The notes under the pieces: model-generated
The model's database searches: none
Told to the model about the DNA's origin: nothing
Seen by the model: the letters and a program-made list of their open reading frames with translations, nothing else
Shown here: piece by piece, positions 8,906 through 18,610 of the stretch
Layout: every line of letters begins with the position of its first letter
Numbering within the stretch: position 1 is the stretch's first letter
Program-made: the position numbers and the translations under genes
Origin: Candidatus Heimdallarchaeota archaeon
Lineage (GTDB): Archaea; Asgardarchaeota; Heimdallarchaeia; Hodarchaeales; Hodarchaeaceae
Assembly (NCBI GenBank): GCA_019057635.1
Contig: DXJL01000005.1
Coordinates: 1-41,715, forward strand
DNA: 41,715 nt
Direction: 5' to 3'

Positions 8906-9988
8906 TTAGCGAGTATTGAGCGGAGTATGACAAACCTCACAGGCAGTTTCTTCCCCCTCGAGGATTTGATTTGTATTATTACAATTGTGACAGTGCACAA
9001 ACACTTTTTTTTCCTTGAAAAAACCAAAAGTACCTTTACCAGCCAATATAGTCTTATCTGCTTGTTCTTTCATCTTTTTGAACAAGGGATTCGATAAATC
9101 CGTAAGACTGGTGATAACACTTTGTCGGTCGGAATGTTGTTGTTTGAAGGCAATTTTTTCTTGAAGGTATGCTTTGCGTTCCTCAGGTGTCATCTTTTCA
9201 AGTCGTTGCAGCTCTTTCAATCGAAGAGTAAACTTGTTTCGTTGTTCTAGTGACATAGAACTGAGCGTTTGCGTGGAAAATTCTGATAATTTCTCTAAAG
9301 TCAGCGCGGAAAAGTCAACATAGGAAATATTTGATGAGGGGGTACGAATGTTTGTAGAAGAACTTATTGTTCCTGGAGGTGGTGGTGGGGGAGGATTGAT
9401 TGTATTGGACCTTAAAGGGGAGGACGTGGGAAAACTTCTGCTTGCTATTTGCTTGAGATTCGATGTAATGCTATCTTGGACTGTTCCACTGAACTCCTCG
9501 ATTACAGTCGATAAGTACTCCTTCGAGGTAAATTCTTGTTGTTTATTTTCTAGAGATTTCAATTGTGCTTCTAATTCGCCGAGACGAGACATTAATTCAA
9601 GTAATTGCTGATCATTTTTGGATTCTTTGAGCTCTTTCTCAACATTACTCAATTCTTTCTGGTTATGACAAATATTACAGATACCGTTAATTAATTCGTC
9701 CTTTAAGGTTCTTCTACCACAGTTCTGGCAGATTGTGAACATTATTCTAAGTTCAGTAAGAGCAGTCTGAATTCGTTTATCATTCGAATTCAATTTGGCT
9801 TTGTTCTGATTCGAATCTCTTGCAATTACAGGTTTATGAATGAATATGGAGTCTCTTATTGACCAGTCTTTGTCATACATCGTTCCTAGTTGTTGGAGAG
9901 CTTTTTCTATATTGTTGAAAGGCTTCTTCTTCCCCCTCAGAGAGGAATGGGATTCAATGGCAGTATTTAATTTAGTTCTTTTGAACAT
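8906..9988 (-). CDS. Hypothetical protein: two CxxC/CxxC zinc fingers, coiled coil, heptaproline tract
   Basis: CQNC...CNIC, coiled coil, PPPPPPP in an S/T-rich linker, C-terminal CHNC...CEVC. Confidence 0.75.
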   Translation of the reverse strand: MFKRTKLNTAIESHSSLRGKKKPFNNIEKALQQLGTMYDKDWSIRDSIFIHKPVIARDSNQNKAKLNSNDKRIQTALTELRIMFTICQNCGRRTLKDELINGICNICHNQKELSNVEKELKESKNDQQLLELMSRLGELEAQLKSLENKQQEFTSKEYLSTVIEEFSGTVQDSITSNLKQIASRSFPTSSPLRSNTINPPPPPPPGTISSSTNIRTPSSNISYVDFSALTLEKLSEFSTQTLSSMSLEQRNKFTLRLKELQRLEKMTPEERKAYLQEKIAFKQQHSDRQSVITSLTDLSNPLFKKMKEQADKTILAGKGTFGFFKEKKVFVHCHNCNNTNQILEGEETACEVCHTPLNTR

Positions 9989-10004
9989 GATTTAATTCCT
10001 AATC

Positions 10005-10661
10005 CTAGTCAAGAGAAATAGCCTGTTCAAGAAACGACTGTGCTACAGATCGTTCGTTCGTGTCTACAGCTGAATTGCTTTCCTTGATTACAACTACTGC
10101 AATTCTTGCCAGTAAATCAAAATTTGGATCTAAGATTTGTTGTAATCCATTTTTAAGAAATTGAGCAGAAGACATTTCACGTTCGAGAGCAGTATTTGTA
10201 ATTCGATCCAACTCCGAGTAGATCACCTCGGCTATTTGTGGATCAATCTTTGTTGATAATTCTTGCCCGTCTGGAGCATTCTGCTCGGAATAAGCTTCAG
10301 AATCTTTTAAGAATCGTTGAATTACACTCATGGTATCATAAATTAAAATTGACTTTTGTTTGATAACATAGTGGTCATAGAATGCTTGCCAGTAGGGTTT
10401 ATGTGGGATACCTATGTAGCGTTGACGTTGACCTTTAGGTATAGAGATATTTACAACCGCAATTGCTTGTTTCTCTACTAATCGAGCAATTGCCCCATCA
10501 ATTTTTCCCCTACTCCAATTTAAACGAAGTACCAGGTCATTTACTGTTACGGGACGATCGAATTTGGAGAGTCTGCTGAGCATTTTTTGATCTGTTTCTT
10601 CAGCATTTCCTCGAGGCACGATTATATAACATCCTTTTACGTTAGAACAGACTTTTTCCAA
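10005..10661 (-). CDS. Winged-helix DNA-binding hypothetical protein
   Basis: PVTVNDLVLRLNWSRGKIDGAIARLVEKQAI wHTH pattern; 16 bp upstream of the next gene, probably co-transcribed. Confidence 0.6.
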   Translation of the reverse strand: MEKVCSNVKGCYIIVPRGNAEETDQKMLSRLSKFDRPVTVNDLVLRLNWSRGKIDGAIARLVEKQAIAVVNISIPKGQRQRYIGIPHKPYWQAFYDHYVIKQKSILIYDTMSVIQRFLKDSEAYSEQNAPDGQELSTKIDPQIAEVIYSELDRITNTALEREMSSAQFLKNGLQQILDPNFDLLARIAVVVIKESNSAVDTNERSVAQSFLEQAISLD

Positions 10662-11131
10662 ATTGACGGATATTTGTGTCTATCATTCTTGATAATAGCA
10701 TTCAGACAAGTCTAAATTTTTATGGTCTTAACATCCCAATTTTCATCTTTGGAGATGCAGATTTTCAGGTAAATTTGATATCTACTTGACTATATAACTT
10801 TATTGCTAGATTGAGGATATAAGTCGGACATTCTGTTAAAAAAAGAGATGTTAAGCGCGCCTATTACGTTATAAATGATATTCAAACCATCCCTTTCGGC
10901 CTTTTCTATCCCATAATTTAGTTAATGAAATAATAGTCGTGTCTATAACATTTTTAATTCATTTATAAGTACAAGAGTTCCTGTATCCTTTAAAGAAGGA
11001 AGCTTATATTATTAGGCCTGACGATTAACAACTGCATTTAATGAATAGAAATATTTAGAATTACTAGTACCCTTGTCTCTTCAGTATATTATGCGCTACA
11101 AAGAGCTAGTTAACAATTGGAAGGAAAATAA

Positions 11132-12988
11132 ATGGAAATCAACATAGATGGTTGCAAGATTGTCCTTTTGGACTTTTTTCAGAAGAATAAATCTAATCTC
11201 CTTAAATCACTCAAATCTGACGAAGTTCAGACCTTTCTCGAGCCATTAAGCGATATGACCATAATATTTTCAGATATACAAAAGACTACTGAGTTAAAAA
11301 AATATCTTAAAAATCTAGAAATACCAGAAGAAAATTTAAAAGACATTTTACAATTCTTTGATCGTCCTTTTCAATCCTCATTCTCTTGGGGATTCCAGGA
11401 TAAAGAATTCGTGTTCATACGCTTGGAAGAAACGACTAAATTGTTTCTTAAGAAAAATCGTAAAGGTTTAACAGGATTGATTATTCATGAAGTGTTACAT
11501 GGTGTACAACGCCAGCGAGGCTTAGAAATTCGTTTACACGACTCATTAGACTTCAGCTTGGATTTCTTTACACAATTGGCTGAGGTGATTCCTCCAGAAA
11601 AGTACAATCGCACACAAATAATATCATTTCTGAAACAAATATCTCAACTTGCTTTATTTGCGTTAAAAGACATATTTGTTAATGTTGAATTAATTAAACG
11701 AGGAATGGCAGAGTGGTTAATAATTTTCTATCGTGATGAGCTGGGATTTGGTGAAAATCTTGAAATTAAGCCTCCCCAGTACGAAACTGAATTCGAAAAA
11801 GGCGTCATTAAGGTAAAGGATCTGGATTCATTTGCCACAGCGTTTACTTATACGTTATCACTTATACCAATATGGTTACCCTTCATGGTTTTGGAAACTG
11901 ACTCAAAGGACTATGAACCGTCCCGTGAGTTGAAACATTTAATTTTTGATAAGTATTACGTTAATCCTTCATTCATTACACGGGAGATGTGGCATATAGA
12001 AAACATATTTCTGGCCAGCTTCTCCTTTTCCAAGAGTTTTCATCGTAAGTGGTATGGTGCGATCTTTAACTTAGCTCTTGAACATCTACTTGGTGAAGAT
12101 TTTCTGTTTTATCATCTCTTCAAGGCTACTGAGCTCTTAGAAGAGCTCTATACAACCCAAGAATCTGAAGAAAGAAAATCTATGGCCATGGTTCCAATTT
12201 TGAAAGCTGCTTATGTCTATAGACGAGAACAACTCGTAGGTATTCAAAAAAGGAACATTGAAGAGTTAAATTCTAAAATGCAACAATATGAAATAGGGGA
12301 GGAGGAAATTACAGAGCTTGAAGAAAGTATTGATGAACCTTCTGAACATGCTACTTCTCCAGAGCATATGTTTGAAAACCTCATGAAACTTTCAATTATG
12401 ATTGTAACACGAGATTTACGAGTAAATGTGTTTTCTGGTGAAAATTTTAAATTTAAGATCTTTAGTCGAACGATACTCTCTCTTCTCCAAGCGATTAATT
12501 ATCTAGAAGACGAGTGTGACGATCAATATTATCATACAGTTCGCTTAGGTGTGAAACGACTTCTCCGAACAGATAATCTGTTTAAACGTAAAAGATGGGC
12601 ATTATTACTGGAGAATTTTGCTCAAAATACGATTTTTCATGGAGAAACTGAACCCTCACAACTAGAAATTGATGAATTAATTTATAACTATGACTTTTTT
12701 GAAATTCCATTGACTAATTTCTTCATTGACCTTGGCGTATCTTTTATTCAGAATATAAAAACAGTCATGAAAACAGTCTCTGTAAACGATGATGAATTTC
12801 CTTTTTTAACAGCTCAACTTATCAATATTCAAATTGGAGGGATTAAACTTCCAATAGAAGATGAAGAACATCTGAACTTGATGTATGTAAGCAGTCTTAT
12901 TGCTACAAAAGGGATTCCATACAGAATGATACAAATCATGCTTACAGCTTTTCTACAAACTAGAGTCCCAAAGGAAGAAACAGATTAG
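11132..12988 (+). CDS. Hypothetical protein with HEXXH zincin-like motif
   Basis: GLIIHEVLHG followed ~55 aa later by KDIFVN; otherwise helical and acidic. Confidence 0.65.
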   Translation: MEINIDGCKIVLLDFFQKNKSNLLKSLKSDEVQTFLEPLSDMTIIFSDIQKTTELKKYLKNLEIPEENLKDILQFFDRPFQSSFSWGFQDKEFVFIRLEETTKLFLKKNRKGLTGLIIHEVLHGVQRQRGLEIRLHDSLDFSLDFFTQLAEVIPPEKYNRTQIISFLKQISQLALFALKDIFVNVELIKRGMAEWLIIFYRDELGFGENLEIKPPQYETEFEKGVIKVKDLDSFATAFTYTLSLIPIWLPFMVLETDSKDYEPSRELKHLIFDKYYVNPSFITREMWHIENIFLASFSFSKSFHRKWYGAIFNLALEHLLGEDFLFYHLFKATELLEELYTTQESEERKSMAMVPILKAAYVYRREQLVGIQKRNIEELNSKMQQYEIGEEEITELEESIDEPSEHATSPEHMFENLMKLSIMIVTRDLRVNVFSGENFKFKIFSRTILSLLQAINYLEDECDDQYYHTVRLGVKRLLRTDNLFKRKRWALLLENFAQNTIFHGETEPSQLEIDELIYNYDFFEIPLTNFFIDLGVSFIQNIKTVMKTVSVNDDEFPFLTAQLINIQIGGIKLPIEDEEHLNLMYVSSLIATKGIPYRMIQIMLTAFLQTRVPKEETD

Positions 12989-13101
12989 TTAGAAGACCCA
13001 TAAATCATCAGATTGATTTCAATTTGCAAGGAATTCTCTTGAAATGATAATAGTATTCTATTGAAATTTATTCCAAGAATATGCAAAAGAAAGGGAGAAA
13101 G

Positions 13102-13268
13102 CGGCACCAGCAGGAGTTTCAGTCAAAAACTAAATGTTCTTAACCTTTGAACCTGCGACCACTCGGTGTCTGTGTCCCTTTCTCAATGAAAGATGCTAAT
13201 TAACAGCCGAACGCTCTACCTCTTCAGAGATAAAGATTGAATCTCTATCCAAACTGAGCTATGATGCC
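13102..13268 (-). tRNA. tRNA-Asn(GTT) with three BHB introns
   Basis: Acceptor GGCATCA/TGGTGCC; introns at 13222-13251 (D-loop), 13168-13200 (37/38) and 13116-13145 (59/60); removal gives a 74-nt cloverleaf. Confidence 0.92.
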
Positions 13269-13284
13269 TATTCTACTAAGAATG

Positions 13285-13390
13285 TGGGCCTGGGGGGATT
13301 TGAACCCACGAACCATCCGGTTATGAGCCGGACGCTCTAACCATTTCAGAGGGTTATGACGTTATAAGCCCTAAACTGAGCTACAGGCCC
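13285..13390 (-). tRNA. tRNA with CAT anticodon (probably Ile2, otherwise elongator Met) with a D-loop intron
   Basis: GGGCCTG/CAGGCCC acceptor, TCCGG-CTCATAA-CCGGA anticodon arm; 30-nt intron at 13344-13373 with TCAG/CTGA BHB helix. Confidence 0.9.
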
Positions 13391-13449
13391 AATAGATGTT
13401 ATACGGTAATGTTACTTCCTTATTTAAGTGACTTCAGATAATCTGATAT

Positions 13450-14001
13450 TTATGTGTTTATAACGTAAAGTCCATCCTGGAAGACAGTTGGATCTTTACT
13501 TCGTCGTCCTCGTAATCTTGAAGATTCAGCTAAGCGTGCTGCAACTTGTGAAACCTTTTCTTTATCGATTCCAGTTAGAGTTACAATATCCGCTTTGATT
13601 TTGACATTAACTGAAGGATCATACGGAACCTTAATAGGCTCTCTTCGTCCATAGAGATTCTTTATGAGAATTATAGATTTTTGGACTTCTACAGTAGCAG
13701 GAAAGTGAGAAGTAATGACTTGAACCTGATAAGTGTACAATTCATTTACGCCTTTGATCATATTATTTAAATGGCCCGCGATGGTTCCTACTAAAGCTGC
13801 TTCTCTTTTCTTACCAAAGTGACTGCTAATAACAAATTTATTATCTTCGTAAGAAATTTTGACACTTATTCTAGTAAAAGATTTCACGATATTTCCTTTG
13901 GGTCCTTCTATTTTAACCGTGAATCCCCCACGAATTTGTTTCATATCAACCTTGATATTTTTAGGGACTTCAACGGTTTTTTCAATAACAAAGTGTGTCA
14001 T
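13450..14001 (-). CDS. rpl6: 50S ribosomal protein uL6
   Basis: GPKG, GTIAGHL.NMIKGV, SHFP, KDP.VFQDGLY. Confidence 0.95.
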   Translation of the reverse strand: MTHFVIEKTVEVPKNIKVDMKQIRGGFTVKIEGPKGNIVKSFTRISVKISYEDNKFVISSHFGKKREAALVGTIAGHLNNMIKGVNELYTYQVQVITSHFPATVEVQKSIILIKNLYGRREPIKVPYDPSVNVKIKADIVTLTGIDKEKVSQVAARLAESSRLRGRRSKDPTVFQDGLYVINT

Positions 14002-14020
14002 CGGTATTTTCTCTCCTTAA

Positions 14021-14407
14021 TTAAAATACGTAAGCTAAGAATCGTCCACCAAGATTTTTATCTGCAGCTTCGTGATGGGACATGACTCCTTCGGAAGTAG
14101 AAACTACAAGAATTCCCATATCTCGTGCAGGAAGGAATCTTTTCTCCCATTCTACATAGTCTTGTACTTTAACTGGATATCTTGGTTTTATAACACCAAT
14201 TTTAGTAATTCGGCCTAAGAGGTGAACAGAGATAATCCATAAATCTTCCATAACTTCGAATTCACCAATGGTTCCATATTTTTGGATCACACGCAGAACA
14301 TTTGCAATGATTCTGCTCGCAGGTCTAATTGTAACTTCTTTACGACCAAGAATTTCTGCGTTTGCTATTGTGGACATCGCATTAGCTAAGGGGTCATGCA
14401 TAACCAT
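14021..14407 (-). CDS. rps8: 30S ribosomal protein uS8
   Basis: DPLANAMS.I.NAE, GVIKPRYPV, FLPA..MG.LVVSTSEGVMSH. Confidence 0.96.
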   Translation of the reverse strand: MVMHDPLANAMSTIANAEILGRKEVTIRPASRIIANVLRVIQKYGTIGEFEVMEDLWIISVHLLGRITKIGVIKPRYPVKVQDYVEWEKRFLPARDMGILVVSTSEGVMSHHEAADKNLGGRFLAYVF

Positions 14408-14624
14408 AATTTTCTTCTCTTTTGTGGTTTATTCAAATGAAAATGGCTAGTAAAGCCGAATTAAATGAGTAGAAAGGCCGACATCGCCTTACCATCCATC
14501 TATACCGTCCATGAACCCACTTGTTAAAGGTTATCGTGGAGCAAGCAGTTTTCATTTTGTAGTGGGGTATTGCCTAAGCTTTTTTCTTCGACACAGGGGA
14601 ATTTTAATCAATATAAAATGAGGA

Positions 14625-15140
14625 TTACTTTTGCTTTCTTTTAATTTTGGCGATTGAACCAATTGTTGTAGCTCGGGGTATTATATCATCCACGCTGGAG
14701 CTTTCTTCAAGTATTTCAGTTTTAAGATCGATGTCAAGTTCTCGCTCAATCTTGGCAACCACTCTATCAGTAGGAATCACTTTTTCCGCTTCGATTCGGG
14801 CTAATAAAGTCTCTTTTTCCTTAATTAATCCTGCAAATTGAGCACGCCCATAACCACGCTCTTTACGAGCTTCTTGGATCAAGTGCCCATAGCCATCAAC
14901 AAGAATTTTATCATGCAGGAAGTCTTTCTTCGGAGGTATTCTAGTTACAGGTTTTGTTTTTGCCTTGGGTTGAACTTGATGTTTTTTGTACCTTGGTCGT
15001 TGGTCAGGTTTTGGACGTTTTACTACAGGTTTTCCAAATTTCGCGCATTTTGGACAGGCGTAAAGCTCTACATGGTCGATTTCAACAAGCGTAATAAAAC
15101 CTTCAGACCCACACATTTCACACTGCTGTATTTTACTCAA
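14625..15140 (-). CDS. mbf1: Archaeal multiprotein bridging factor aMBF1
   Basis: CEMCG...CPKCAKFG zinc ribbon + Cro-type HTH, T(I)G C-terminal motif; next to pan as is usual in archaea. Confidence 0.9.
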   Translation of the reverse strand: MSKIQQCEMCGSEGFITLVEIDHVELYACPKCAKFGKPVVKRPKPDQRPRYKKHQVQPKAKTKPVTRIPPKKDFLHDKILVDGYGHLIQEARKERGYGRAQFAGLIKEKETLLARIEAEKVIPTDRVVAKIERELDIDLKTEILEESSSVDDIIPRATTIGSIAKIKRKQK

Positions 15141-15534
15141 AAATAATACATCCTCAACATATAAAACTAATTCCAGTATTCAATATAACATCTTAGATAA
15201 AAATATTAAAATCCAACGAAGAGGGTAATTCTTAATTTATCAGTAAATCGACATTCGTTTCAGATTGTGTTATCATTCCGCCTTGAGACTGATTTACTCC
15301 TATTTCTGAATCATTTAACGAGCTGAGAAATTTTTTTATTTCAAAATATATGTAATTTCCCCTTTCATCAAAAACTAAAATTAATCATCAAGACAAGTTA
15401 TCACCTTAAGCAACCCGTATGAAAAGAAAAATAAAGGATCATTCAGTCTGTAGCTATCAGTGGAAAAAACCTCTTTCAATCCTTTAGGTCCAGCAATCAT
15501 ATGCTTTAAAACTTTAGGAAGGATTTGAAGGAGT

Positions 15535-16758
15535 TTGCTTTCAATCACTAAAGTAGGTATTATTATGCCAGAAAGTGTGGATGACAGAAAAGCCACGTTC
15601 GATGAGTTCACTGATTCTTATACTCGTACAATGGAACGTCGGATACGTACACTGGAAACGGAGAAACAATTACTAGAAGTTCAACGAAATAAATTAGAAG
15701 AGGATCGGGATAACTTAAGACTCGAACTACAAAAACTGAAACAACCTCCTCTGTTTACAGGCACATTGTTAGAAGTTCTGGAGAATGGAAAAGCTATCGT
15801 GAAGAGTTCTACTGGCCCTTCATTCGTTGTTGTAATAGATTCTACCATTCCGAAGGACATACTTGTTCCTAATAGTCGAGTTGCTCTTCATCAGAGAAAC
15901 TTTGCTATACTGGAAATTCTTCCCCAGAGCACAGATCCCCTTGTACGTAGCATGGAGATTGATACAAAACCATCTGAAACCTATGATGATATTGGTGGGT
16001 TACGAGATCAATTGTTAGACCTTCGTGAAACGGTCGAGCTTCCTCTCTTACAACCCGAACTTTTTGAAAAGGTAGGAATTGAACCACCTAAAGGTGTTTT
16101 GCTGCATGGCCCTCCTGGTTCAGGAAAAACACTCATGGTGAAAGCCGTTGCTCACGAAACACAAGCCACTTTCATTCGAGTCATTGGTTCCGAGCTGGTC
16201 CAGAAATACATCGGTGAAGGGGCACGATTAGTCCGTGAAGTGTTTGCGTATGCCCGTGATAATTCCCCAAGTATCCTATTCATTGATGAATTAGATGCTA
16301 TCGGAAGTAAGCGGCTTGATATTGCCACAAGTGGTGATCGTGAAGTTCAAAGGACATTAATGCAATTATTAAGTGAGTTAGATGGTTTTTCCCCACGTGG
16401 AGACGTGAAGATCATTGGAGCTACTAATCGAGTGGATATACTTGATCCAGCATTGATGCGACCTGGACGATTTGATCGACATATTGAGGTACCCTTACCA
16501 AATCTCGAAGAGAGATTCGAGATTCTCAAAATTCATTCAAGAAGGATGAATATTGAGAAAAATGTTGATTTGGAGTTAGTTGCCACTCAAATGGTTGAAG
16601 CTTCTGGTGCAGATATTCGTGCCATAACTCAAGAAGCAGGTATGTTTGCTATACGAGAAAGAGTTACAATTGTAAAGTCAAAACACTTCCTTTCTGCAAT
16701 CGATAAAGTGATAAACAAGAAGAAGGAAACTCTGTCTGGCAAGAATGAATATACTTGA
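15535..16758 (+). CDS. pan: Proteasome-activating nucleotidase (likely start at ATG 15565)
   Basis: Coiled coil, PP-OB domain, [37 protein letters not shown]. Confidence 0.96.
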   Translation: MLSITKVGIIMPESVDDRKATFDEFTDSYTRTMERRIRTLETEKQLLEVQRNKLEEDRDNLRLELQKLKQPPLFTGTLLEVLENGKAIVKSSTGPSFVVVIDSTIPKDILVPNSRVALHQRNFAILEILPQSTDPLVRSMEIDTKPSETYDDIGGLRDQLLDLRETVELPLLQPELFEKVGIEPPKGVLLHGPPGSGKTLMVKAVAHETQATFIRVIGSELVQKYIGEGARLVREVFAYARDNSPSILFIDELDAIGSKRLDIATSGDREVQRTLMQLLSELDGFSPRGDVKIIGATNRVDILDPALMRPGRFDRHIEVPLPNLEERFEILKIHSRRMNIEKNVDLELVATQMVEASGADIRAITQEAGMFAIRERVTIVKSKHFLSAIDKVINKKKETLSGKNEYT

Positions 16759-16767
16759 AAGTTGCCA

Positions 16768-17259
16768 TTAATTTGGAGAGGGAGAACTATCCATTTTTCG
16801 TGTCTGTACTATTTTGTCCCAAGCAGAATAACACATATCTAATATGGATTTAAAAGCACTAATTGCCGTTTCTTCCTCCTCTCGTGGATGATGTAGTTTA
16901 TCGGGGTTTAAGCTCTCCATCAAACAAGCTACATAAGTATCAATCGAGATAAAATTCTGTATCCAAAAAAATAGGACGAGAGCTTCGACTTGATCGGCTA
17001 CTTGGCCTTTCTTTCCTTTAAACTTTAAGTAATCAGTTTTTGTCCATAGAGATGACCGATAGGCATGTGATAAAATTAAATCAGAAACTTTAGTGCCTGT
17101 AGTAGAATTCGTTACTCCACTCTTTGCCAAAGAATAAATAAAATTTACTAATGAATCGCCTAATTTTGCATTCCCCTTCACAAAAATGAAATCTCGGATA
17201 ATTTTTTGAGGATCCCCCCCCTCTAAAGAAGTTTTTAATCGTTCCTGAATGAAAGACAC
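16768..17259 (-). CDS. Archaeal RNase III-like protein
   Basis: AKLGDSLVNFIYSLA...KVSD..L..A...AD.VEAL. Confidence 0.75.
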   Translation of the reverse strand: MSFIQERLKTSLEGGDPQKIIRDFIFVKGNAKLGDSLVNFIYSLAKSGVTNSTTGTKVSDLILSHAYRSSLWTKTDYLKFKGKKGQVADQVEALVLFFWIQNFISIDTYVACLMESLNPDKLHHPREEEETAISAFKSILDMCYSAWDKIVQTRKMDSSPSPN

Positions 17260-17296
17260 ACTTAAACCCGAATCTCGATGGATTCATAACAATTTT

Positions 17297-17608
17297 CTAA
17301 GTAAAGCTAGATGTAACAAGATCAGTCAGGTCTTCACAATGTTTGTTAATTGTGTCAACCGCGATCTTTAGGGCATCAATGGGGTTAATGCCCTCTGTAC
17401 GGAGATAGAAAATCGGGTTCTCAAGAAGAGGATGGGGAAATCTATACGCTGCGAAAAGAACTCCCTCTTGATCCTTTAATGATTCTCTAAGTAGGTTTAA
17501 AAATGTATGATTTTCACCTGCTATCTCAACTTCCAGTAAAGATTCTTCTTTTCGTACAATTTTTGCTTGCAACTGAATATATCTCTCCAAACGTAAGTGA
17601 TTTATCAA
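17297..17608 (-). CDS. rpoL: RNA polymerase subunit Rpo11 (L); true start probably slightly downstream
   Basis: GENHTFLNLL...V.FAAY..PHPL. Confidence 0.93.
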   Translation of the reverse strand: MINHLRLERYIQLQAKIVRKEESLLEVEIAGENHTFLNLLRESLKDQEGVLFAAYRFPHPLLENPIFYLRTEGINPIDALKIAVDTINKHCEDLTDLVTSSFT

Positions 17609-17773
17609 TGAATGCTTTCTAACATTAGTTCAAATACTTTCTTTTCCACTAAGGAGTTATTGAAGTTAATTGATTCACTATCCCTTGACTTAAAAACGGA
17701 GGAACACTCTCTCCAACTTGATTATACTGCCAGTTAGTGGGACCAAAAAACTGAAATGAATCAGGATAAGACA

Positions 17774-18148
17774 TTAATCGGGTATGACTGTAGGAGCATA
17801 GGATTGGCCATCAAGACGTATGTAATTTCTGAAAGTTTTTCCCCGACCGCCCTGAAAATAAACAAGGGCTCCATTGGGAGACAATCTTGGAATTTTTTTA
17901 GCATTTTTATGTGAGGGAAATATTTCTTCATGATTGGATGTATTTTGAGAGGAAGGAGGATTAACTAGTCCGTCTAAAGCGTCGTTAAACGTATTATAGT
18001 TGTCTTCATTAGGATAAAGAGGAATCATGAAGTTAGAGATAAAAACTCTTTTTGCACTAGGAACTCTATAATTTAAAGCTTCGATGACATTAAAATAAAT
18101 GTCTGAAAATGGGGTAGGAGTAAATTCACACCTGCTGAAAGATTGCAT
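17774..18148 (-). CDS. Hypothetical protein
   Basis: 124-aa ORF filling the rpoL to tRNA-Ser gap; no recognised motif. Confidence 0.4.
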   Translation of the reverse strand: MQSFSRCEFTPTPFSDIYFNVIEALNYRVPSAKRVFISNFMIPLYPNEDNYNTFNDALDGLVNPPSSQNTSNHEEIFPSHKNAKKIPRLSPNGALVYFQGGRGKTFRNYIRLDGQSYAPTVIPD

Positions 18149-18200
18149 GAAAGATACGAAAGTTAATTAGAAAGGGATAAGAAAGAACAGAACGATGTGA

Positions 18201-18316
18201 GTCGGGATATCCAAGCCTGGTAATCAGCCATGAGAACCATACTGGACCAGAATGGAGCCAGCCTGCTAAGTTGGTGTTCTCTGAACTCGGGGGTTCAAAT
18301 CCCCCTCCCGACGCCA
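18201..18316 (+). tRNA. tRNA-Ser(GCT) with a 21/22 intron and encoded CCA
   Basis: GTCGGGA/TCCCGAC acceptor + GCCA; CCAGC-CTGCTAA-GTTGG; long variable arm; 30-nt intron at 18223-18252 with CTGG/CCAG helix. Confidence 0.92.
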
Positions 18317-18497
18317 ATTTTTTTCTTATTCTTGAATACATTCGGTTATAATTGTTTTCTAACTGTAGTACGTGAAGTTTGTTTCTCCATATTCAATTTT
18401 AAAGATGATTTATTGATTTCATTGCCATAACATTGAAGATCAGAATTCTCAGCAGATAGTGTAATTCAGGAAAAACAAAAATCATCTAGGGTTATTA

Positions 18498-18522
18498 TTG
18501 AAACTATCGAGAATAGTTTCAA
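18498..18522. repeat. Perfect 10-bp inverted repeat
   Basis: TTGAAACTAT-CGAGA-ATAGTTTCAA. Confidence 0.6.
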
Positions 18523-18610
18523 GAATTCTGAAACTTATGGAAAATATGAGCATCCTGGGGAACAAATGAAAATTCCACCAATTTGTGTAATAACTAGATA
18601 AAAGAGGGAG

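Noticed and set aside
14408-14624. Unannotated uS14 upstream of rps8
   Set aside because: No CxxC...CRxC ORF is present.
18126-18430. ORFs 18126-18341 (-) and 18230-18430 (+)
   Set aside because: They overlap tRNA-Ser; these are shadow ORFs.
18542-18552. AAATATGAGCA, also present at 21481-21491 (His exon/intron junction)
   Set aside because: An 11-bp AT-rich match that is not at the element boundaries; a similar word occurs at 21182, so chance is plausible and it is not a TSD.
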